From Candidatus Latescibacterota bacterium (GTDB taxonomy: Bacteria > Latescibacterota > UBA2968 > UBA8231): DNA of 64,000 nucleotides. Under the pieces are notes generated by a model that did not search any database, had not been told where the DNA came from, and saw nothing but the letters and a program-made list of their open reading frames with translations. This document shows, piece by piece, positions 56,887 through 64,000 of the stretch (the stretch's first letter is position 1; each line of letters starts with the position of its first letter). The stretch lies in the NCBI GenBank assembly GCA_964291625.2, contig OZ220089.1, positions 3,776,001 through 3,840,000 of the forward strand. The letters run 5' to 3'. A program made the translations under genes and the position numbers.

Positions 56887-59800
56887 TTGCGGCCCCTGCA
56901 TATCACCATCGAAGGCCTGCGGTCGTTTCGCCCGGCCGTCTCCATCGACTTCACCGGCCGCGACCACCTCGCCATCGTGGGCGACACGGGGGCGGGGAAG
57001 TCGTCCATCCTGGAGGCGATGACCTACGCCCTCTACGGCCAGACGACGTTCACCGCCCACGCCAACCAGGAGCTGGTGAACGACACCTCGACCCACCTGC
57101 GGGTCGTGCTTCGGTTCGAGGTCACCGGCCAGACGTGGGAGGTGGCGCGCACCTTGCGCCGCGCCGGGGACGGCACGGTGGGGCAGCCCCAGGCCCGGCT
57201 CCGCAGGCTCGGCCGCGCCGGCGAGACGGTGGAGCAGGTCGAGCAGGTCCGCCGCGTCAACGACCGCGTCAAGACGCTGATCGGGCTCGACAGCGATGCC
57301 TTTCTGCGCACCGTCATCCTGCCCCAGGGCCGCTTCGCCCGCCTGCTGGTGGAGGACGAGCCGCGCGACCGCGGCCGGATCCTGAGGCAGGTCTGGCGCA
57401 CCGACGAGCTGGAGGCGGCCGGAGCGCTGGCCGGCGAGGCCCGACAGGAGGCGGCGACCCTGCGGGCCCGACTGGGGCAGGCGGCCTCCGCCTACCCCGA
57501 GGATCCCCCGGCGCACCTGGCCCGGCTGATGGCCGCCCAGGCGGAAGCGGTCCTGCGGGCCGAAGCGGCTTCCGAGGACGAACGGGCGGCCAACGAGGCT
57601 CGCGAGGCGATCCTCGCCGCCGAGGGGGAAGGGGAGGCGGCGTCCCGGGTCGCCAGGCGGCTGCGATCGCTGGACACGGGCGCGTTGGCGGACCGGCTCG
57701 ACCCGATCGCCGCCCTCGACCGCCAGCTGCAGGGGGAAGGGGCGGACCTGGAGCAGCGCCAGGCGCGGGCCGAGGAGGAGCTGGCCCGCATCCCGGCGGA
57801 CGACGGCCCCACGAGCGAGGTGGTGGCGGGGGCCCTGGCCACGTTGCGGAGTATCGGCGGCCTGATCGCCGACGGCGAGAGCGCCGCCCGGGAGCTGCGC
57901 GCCCGGGTCGAGGACGCTTCCGGCAAGCGAGTCGAGGCGGAGCGCCTGGCGAAGGAGGCGGCCAGGGCCCGTGAGACGGCGGCGGAGCACGCCGCCGGAC
58001 GGGCCCCCCTCGCCGAAGCCGTCGAGTCCGCCCGGGCCCGCAGGACGGAGGTCGACCGGGGGTACTCCAGGTGCGAGGAACTCGCCGGAGAACTGGATCG
58101 AACACGGACCCGCCTCTCCGAGCTCGGTCGGGAGTCGACCGGGCTCGGCGGCCGCCTGGACGCTGCTCGCGAGCGGGAACGGTGCGCGTCCAGGGCCGCG
58201 GCGCAGGCCGATGAGCACCTGGCCGCGGCGCGGCGGTCGGAGTCGGCGGCGGCGGCGGCCCACGCCCTGCACCCGGGTGACGAGTGCCCCATCTGCCGCC
58301 GCGGTCTTCCCGCCGGCTGGGAAGCCCCGGCCGGCGCCGGGATGGGCGCGGCCCAGGCGGCCGCCGAGGAGGTCCGCCGGGGCGCCAGGGAGGCGGAGAG
58401 AGAGGTGTCGGGCCTCGACGCGGAGGCCCGGGCCCTCGACCGCCAGACCGCCGACGCCGGAGACCGGCTCGCCGCGGTGGAGGAGAGACTCGGAGAGGCG
58501 CGCCGGGAGTTGGCCGGTCATGTCGATCTCGATGCGGAGGCTCACCTTCCCCGGAGAGAGATCCTGCTCGCCCCCCTGGAGGAGGCCGGCAGGAGGGCGG
58601 CGGACCTGCTGACCGAGCACGACCGTGTCCAGGACGAACTGCGCGAGACCTCGTCGGGGCGGGGCCAGGAGGCGAGCGCCGCCCGCGCCGAGGCGGACGG
58701 CGCCGACACGCTCGCCGACCATGCCCGAACGGCGGCGGACCAGGCCCTGCAGCGGCTGGGAGCGGCGGTGCGGTCGGTTCCGCCGCCGTACCGGCCGCAG
58801 CTGGATCTGTTCGGCGACCCTTCGGACCTGCACGAGGTGGATGCCACCCCGGTCAGCGAGCGGACCCAGTCGGCGGAGGCCCGGGAGAAGGTCTTGGCGG
58901 AGAGGGTGGACCAACGACGGCGCCTGGGCCGCGAGCTGGACGAAGTCGAGGCCGCCCGGTCGGACCTGGAGAGGCGGAGGGCCGACGAGGTGGCGGCGGC
59001 GATCGGCGAAATCGTCGACGATCTGAACGGGCACCGCGATGTCCTGGTCGATTCGGTCAGCCGCCTGGGGCTCGGCACGGACATCCCTCCGGCCTCTCCA
59101 CGAGGGAGACAGATGCCATGGCGTCGCGGATCGAGGAGCTGGAGGCGGTGACGGCGGATGTCTCACGTGGGGCGGGGGAGCAGGCGAGGGCCGCTGCTAT
59201 CCGGGTGGATGGTGCGCGAGCGGAACTGACGGCCATCGGCAAGCGACTCGGCGCGGGGATCGACGCCAGCGACCCTGATGCGATTCTGGACGGAGCTCGC
59301 GAGATCGCGGAGATCGCGCGCTCCAGAGAGCGGCAGTCCCGCGAATGCGCGGAGGAGTTCGCCGGGAAGGTTGACGATGTGCGCCGCCTGCGGGCCCTGC
59401 TGGAGGAAGTCGAGGCCAGGGAACGGGCCCTCGGCGACCTCGAGGACGCCCTGAAGCCGGGCGCCTTCCTGAAGTGGCTCACCCTCCGGCGGTCCCGCCG
59501 TCTGCTGGTCCACGCCTCGCGGATGCTCGGCGAGATGAGCGGCGGCAAGTACGCCTTCGTGGACCCCGGGGACAACGAGGAGCAGTGGCTCGTCCTCGAC
59601 CAGGAGTCCGGCCAGCCGCGCTCCCCGGCCAGCCTCTCCGGCGGCGAGCAGTTCGTCGCCTCCCTCTCCCTCGCCCTGGGCATGGTGGAGATGATGGCGC
59701 GCAGCGGCGGCCGGCTGGAGTCCCTCTTCCTCGACGAGGGCTTCGGCGCCCTCGACCGCAACAACCTCGACTCGGCGGTGCAGGCTCTGGCGACGGTCGC

Positions 59801-59993
59801 CGCCAGCGGCCGCATGGTGGGGGTGATCTCCCATGTCCGCGCCGTGGCCGAGCAGATCGACCACGTCCTCGCCGTGACCCGCGACGCCGCGGGAAGCCGG
59901 GCCCGGTGGCTCACGCGCGCGCAGCGGCAGCAACTCGTAGAATCGGATACGGGCTGGGAAGCGGCGTCGGCCCTGGGGGGGTTGCTGGAGTAG
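56887..59993 (+). CDS. sbcC: SbcC/Rad50 SMC-like ATPase; frameshift near 59092
   Basis: GDTGAGKSS, LPQGRF, coiled coil with CPIC hook (~58285), LSGGEQF and LFLDEGFGALD. Confidence 0.9.
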
Positions 59994-60044
59994 GGGGACA
60001 GTAACGTGGAGCCGCGGATCCCCCAGAACCTGGAGAGCCGCCCC

Positions 60045-60940
60045 ATGGATGACACACCGCACGGAGCACAGACATCGGAGGAGACACCGGCCAGCGCCTG
60101 GGACCGCGATGCGGCCAAGCGTGCTCTGGATGACCTCTTCAGTATCGCCAGCAAGTACAGGGCAACTGAGGCATACAGGGAATTGGTGTATTTCGTGGCC
60201 AGATTCCGGTTCTACTCACCGTTCAACGCCCTGCTGATCCACGTTCAGAGACCGGGATCGACCTTCGTTGCTCCGGCCCATCGGTGGCGTGGCAAGTACA
60301 AGAGAGAGATATGTGGCCTACGTGCATGGGGCCGGGAGTTGAGGCGTCCTGCCCCTCCCTTCACCAATCCGTTCCGGACGAGCGGTGAAACCATCGGCTG
60401 TGGACTCCCTCGGGTTATCGAGAATGGAAAGCGGGACGGCGTCCGCGTAAGGAGTGCCTCTCTTGGATCTCAAGGGGCCGGTTCCATCAGGATCAGGGTC
60501 TCGGGGGGTGCAATCTCACAGAAGTTCCAGGACGGATGGGACAGAGATCGAAGGCCGACCTATGTCGATGTTCCGGTCGGATACGATCTCCTGGTCAACT
60601 CGGAGCACACCCCGGAGGAACGGTATGCCACCGTCGCTCACGAGCTCGCTCACCTGTACTGTGGCCACCTTGGCTCTCCAGATCCCAAGTGGTGGCCAGA
60701 CCGACGGGGCTTGCAGAAGGACGCGATAGAGTTCGAGGCCGAGTCCATCTCCTACATCGTCTGCGCCAGGCGCGGGATCAGGACCTCGTCGGCGCGGTAT
60801 CTGGCGTCTATGTCGACCGCAATGCCGAAGTTCCCCCCATCAGTCTTGAGCTCGTCATGAAGACCGCCGGACTCATCGAGTCCATGACCAACCGGCGGCT
60901 GAGGCCTCGTGAGACAAGTCCTCGCAGGGGGCGTAGGTGA
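60045..60940 (+). pseudogene. ArdC-like ssDNA-binding domain + HExxH metallopeptidase, apparently disrupted
   Basis: YSPFNALLI.VQRP..TFVA....W, VAHELAHLYCGHLG and EFEAES.SY.VC. Frameshift near 60805 and a poorly family-like segment near 60310-60360. Confidence 0.65.
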
Positions 60941-61326
60941 TGAGGTGCCGGCGAGCGATTGCGCGACCCATCGGTTGGCAGCTCGACCAACTGCGGCTGT
61001 TGAAGGACGGTTGGCTTGAAGGGGATGGCCTATCGCCACCCAGGTCAGGTCTCGATTGGCTGCAAGACGCCTTCGACCGGCACTTCCCCGACGAGGCTCC
61101 GTTGCCGCACCTCTACCCGACGGAGGCGGGAGGCGTCCAGGCCGAGTGGGCCATCGGCTCGATTGAGGTCAGCCTCGACCTGAACCTTGGTACCCATTCG
61201 GGTGAGTGGCACGCGCTCGGCACGGAAACCGGGGAGGTAGAGGAGCGGATACTCAACGGTGACGACAGCAGTGACTGGAAGTGGCTGTCGAGCCGGATCG
61301 AGGCCATGGTTGCGGGCGCAGGATGA
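60937..61326 (+). CDS. Hypothetical protein
   Basis: L..LKDGWL.GDG..P and PHLYPTEAGGVQAEW; overlaps the upstream stop. Confidence 0.6.
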   Translation: MMRCRRAIARPIGWQLDQLRLLKDGWLEGDGLSPPRSGLDWLQDAFDRHFPDEAPLPHLYPTEAGGVQAEWAIGSIEVSLDLNLGTHSGEWHALGTETGEVEERILNGDDSSDWKWLSSRIEAMVAGAG

Positions 61327-61356
61327 GACCGTGGTACCTCCCCAAGAAACACAGAA

Positions 61357-61388
61357 AGGGCCGGCACCCCTCGCGGGGCGCCGGCCCT
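61357..61388 (-). terminator. Intrinsic terminator of hsp20 (possibly bidirectional)
   Basis: Hairpin AGGGCCGGC-ACCCC-TCGC-GGGGC-GCCGGCCCT followed by a T-rich tail on the minus strand. Confidence 0.7.
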
Positions 61389-61431
61389 CCTCTTGCCGCC
61401 TGCCTTCGGCGGCCGTTCAGCCCTCAGCCGG

Positions 61432-61875
61432 TCAGGCGCTGACCTTGACCTCGATCTGCTTCGGGCGGGCCTCCTCGGCCTTGGGCACGGTCACCTCCAG
61501 GACGCCGTCCTTGTAGGTGGCCGCCACCGCCTCGGTGTCGACCGCGGCGGGCAGGTCGAAGGTGCGGGTGAAGGTCCCGTAGGCGCGCTCCACCCGGTGC
61601 ACGTTCCCTTCCTTCGACTCGCTCTCGCGGTGGCGCCGGCCCTTGATCGTCAGGCGGTCGTCGGCCAGGGTGATGTCGAGATCCTCCCTGGCGATGCCGG
61701 GCAGGTCGGCGGTGAGGACGAAGTCGCGGTCCGTCTCGGCGATGTCCACCGAGGGACGCCAGACGGCCTCCCGGGGGGCCGCGCCGTGGTCGTTGCTCCA
61801 CAGACCGTCGAAGAGCCGGTCCATGTCCCGGCCGAAGCCGAAGAGCTCGCGGGGCTGCCAGCGAACGAGTGCCAT
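61432..61875 (-). CDS. Hsp20/alpha-crystallin small heat shock protein
   Basis: WRPSVDIAET, ADLPG, ERAYGTF.RTF.LP, YKDGVLEV.VPK and C-terminal IEV. Confidence 0.95.
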   Translation of the reverse strand: MALVRWQPRELFGFGRDMDRLFDGLWSNDHGAAPREAVWRPSVDIAETDRDFVLTADLPGIAREDLDITLADDRLTIKGRRHRESESKEGNVHRVERAYGTFTRTFDLPAAVDTEAVAATYKDGVLEVTVPKAEEARPKQIEVKVSA

Positions 61876-61945
61876 TCTCTTTTCCTCCTGTCTTGGATCG
61901 GGCTTCCGTCCGATCTCGGTGTGTGTGGCTGTCGCCCGACCAGAT

Positions 61946-61961
61946 TGCAAAGGCCGTGCCA
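61946..61961 (-). promoter_or_regulatory. Sigma54 (-24/-12) promoter of hsp20
   Basis: Minus strand TGGCACGGCCTTTGCA matches TGGCACG-N4-TTGCW with correct GG-N10-GC spacing. Confidence 0.8.
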
Positions 61962-62085
61962 CCACGGCTCCTGGGGAGGCTTCGCCGCAACAGAAGCGAG
62001 AAACGCGCCGAAATGGCAGACAGGAGGGCGGGAGGCCAAAGATCGGCAGGCCCAAGACTGCCGATAAGACAGGATTCGCCGAGAG

Positions 62086-63156
62086 TCAGCCCGATGGTCC
62101 GGGATCCCCGAGGGACTGCCTCCGCCGCTGGTGGGCCAGCTCGCGCATGTCCACGGCGGTGTCGAACTCGTCGACGATCTCGGTGCCGAGGATCTCCTCG
62201 AGCACATCCTCAAGGGTGACCAGGCCGCCCAGGCTGCCGAACTCGTCGATCACCATGACCAGGTGCTGTCGCGACTCCAGCAGGCGGCGCAGCAGACGGC
62301 CGGCGGTCAGGCTGTCGGCGACGAAGTCCACGGGACGCATCAGCTCCTCCAGCGTGCGGTCCCATTCTCCCTCGGCCATGGCCGCGAGCAGGTCCTGCCG
62401 GTGCACGGTGCCCACCACGTCGTCGGCGCCGGCGTCGTACACGGGCACGCGCGTGTGGTTGAGGGACTGGGTCGAGTCCCGCACCTGACGCAGGGTCGAG
62501 GAGACGGCCAGCGAGGATACCACGGTCCGGGGGGTCATGATGTCCCGCACCGTCTTCTCCTTGAGGCCGAGGATGTTCTCGATGACGGCGGCCTCGTCGG
62601 CGTCGATGGCGCCCTCCTTGTGGCCGAGGCGGGCCATGACCAGCAGCTCCTCCTCCGAGACGCCGGGGGAGCCCTGGCCCCGGGCGATGAGCCGCGTGAC
62701 CTGCCCGGTGAGCCAGATCAGGGGCCGGAAGACCCACACCATGGCCAGCAGGGGGCGGGCGACCGGGCCCGCCAAGCCGCGGCAGTAGACGACGCCCGCC
62801 GTCTTTGGGATCACCTCGGAGAACAGGAGGATCGCCAGGGTGAAGGCGGCGGAGAACAGCCACAGGCGCTCCTGCGCGAGAGCGACGTCACCCAGCTTCT
62901 CGCCGAAGACGACTAGGTAGGCGGCGCCCGCCCAGGCCGCGCCCGCCGTGTTGGCGATCGTGTTCAGGGACAGGATGGCGGAGATGGGGCGGTCCACCCG
63001 CTCGCGCAGCGAGCGCAGGATGCGCCCGGTCCGCTGGCCGGACTCGGCCATGGCCTCCACGTGCCCGACGGGCACGGAGTAGAGGACCGCTTCGAAGAGC
63101 GAGCACATGGCCGAGAAGCCGACGGCCAGGGCCACGGCCAGAACCAGCTCCGTCAT
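62086..63156 (-). CDS. CNNM/DUF21-CBS (hemolysin-family, CorC-like) protein, copy 1
   Basis: SAMCSLFEA, AILSLNTIAN, FSEVIPKT, DIMTPR and VIDEFG...GLVTLEDVLEEILG.EIVDEFD. Confidence 0.92.
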   Translation of the reverse strand: MTELVLAVALAVGFSAMCSLFEAVLYSVPVGHVEAMAESGQRTGRILRSLRERVDRPISAILSLNTIANTAGAAWAGAAYLVVFGEKLGDVALAQERLWLFSAAFTLAILLFSEVIPKTAGVVYCRGLAGPVARPLLAMVWVFRPLIWLTGQVTRLIARGQGSPGVSEEELLVMARLGHKEGAIDADEAAVIENILGLKEKTVRDIMTPRTVVSSLAVSSTLRQVRDSTQSLNHTRVPVYDAGADDVVGTVHRQDLLAAMAEGEWDRTLEELMRPVDFVADSLTAGRLLRRLLESRQHLVMVIDEFGSLGGLVTLEDVLEEILGTEIVDEFDTAVDMRELAHQRRRQSLGDPGPSG

Positions 63157-63239
63157 GGAGAGCCTCCGGAAGGGGGATCCGCGGCGGCGGGATGGCCGGG
63201 CGCGGGGGTGCGGCTAGGATAGTCCAGGGGGAGGAGCGG

Positions 63240-64000
63240 TCACAATCGATCCGGCCCGAGGGACTGCCGCCGCCGCCGATGGGCCAGCTCGCGCATGTCC
63301 ACGGCGGGATCGAACTCGTCGACGATCTCGGTCCCGAGGATCTCCTCGAAGACGTCCTCGAGGGTGGCCAGACCCGCCAGGCTGCCGAACTCGTCGATCA
63401 CCATGACCAGGTGCTGGCGCGACTCCAGCAGGCGGCGCAGCAGCCGGTCGGCGGTCAAGGCGTCGGCGACGAAGTCCACGGGGCGCATCATCTCCTCGAG
63501 GGTGCGGTCCCACTGCCCCTCGGCCATGGCCGCGAGCAGGTCCTGGCGGTGCACGGTGCCCACCACGTCGTCGGCGTCGGCGTCGTACACGGGCACTCGC
63601 GCGTGGCCCAGGGACTGGGCCGAGTCGCGCACCTGCCCAAGGGTCGAGGACATGGCCAGGGAGAAGACCACCGTGCGCGGGGTCATGATGTCCCGCACCG
63701 CCTTCTCCTTGAGACCGAGGATATTCTCGATGAAGGCGGCCTCGTCGGCGTCGATGGCGCCCTCCTTGCGGCCGAGGCGGGCCAAGACCAGCAGCTCCTC
63801 CTCCGAGACGCCGGGGAAGCCCTGGTCCCGGGAGATGAGGCGCGTCACCTGCCCGGTGAGCCAGATCAGGGGCCGGAAGACCCACACCATCGCCAGCAGG
63901 GGGCGCGCCACGGGGCCCGCCAGTCCCCGGCAGTAGACGACGCCCGCGGTCTTGGGGATCACCTCGGAGAACAGCAGGATGGCCAGGGTGAAGAGGGTCG
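63240..64000 (-). CDS. CNNM/DUF21-CBS protein, copy 2 (5' end outside the window)
   Basis: Nearly identical to copy 1 over the visible length. Confidence 0.9.
   Translation of the reverse strand, partial: TLFTLAILLFSEVIPKTAGVVYCRGLAGPVARPLLAMVWVFRPLIWLTGQVTRLISRDQGFPGVSEEELLVLARLGRKEGAIDADEAAFIENILGLKEKAVRDIMTPRTVVFSLAMSSTLGQVRDSAQSLGHARVPVYDADADDVVGTVHRQDLLAAMAEGQWDRTLEEMMRPVDFVADALTADRLLRRLLESRQHLVMVIDEFGSLAGLATLEDVFEEILGTEIVDEFDPAVDMRELAHRRRRQSLGPDRL

Noticed and set aside
160-63936. Many long alternative-frame and antisense ORFs in the track (e.g. 9093-12257 +, 37523-39811 -, 56728-59166 -)
   Set aside because: These are Arg/Gly/Pro-rich shadows of real high-GC genes, with no recognisable motifs.

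Overview
High-GC bacterial window, probably from a metagenome-assembled genome. It is densely coding, and I saw no rRNA, tRNA, CRISPR array, transposase or integrase. Contents: sugar-acid catabolism genes (enolase-superfamily dehydratases, a Gfo/Idh/MocA oxidoreductase, a GH51), aspS, two PIN-toxin modules, two TonB-dependent receptors, three PhyH-family dioxygenases, a seven-ORF coupled lipid-modification operon (UbiA / PEP-utilising kinase / BtaA-like / polyprenol kinase / small ORF / GNAT / acyl-AMP ligase), a kinase-Omp85 + DUF4956 pair, a nurA-herA-sbcD-sbcC operon, hsp20 and duplicated CNNM genes. At least nine genes carry 1-2 nt frameshifts that look like read-consensus errors. The strongest unexplained signals are non-coding or tiny. 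(1) An Asn/Asp-rich leader peptide with mutually exclusive antiterminator/terminator hairpins sits in front of a probably non-discriminating aspS. (2) A ~195-nt structured RNA candidate with an ~8-nt periodic repeat tract directly follows a DIP1984/DUF6847-like gene. (3) A RAPP-ended His/Cys uORF precedes ZnuD-like receptors. All family assignments come from motif recognition by eye, not from database searches.
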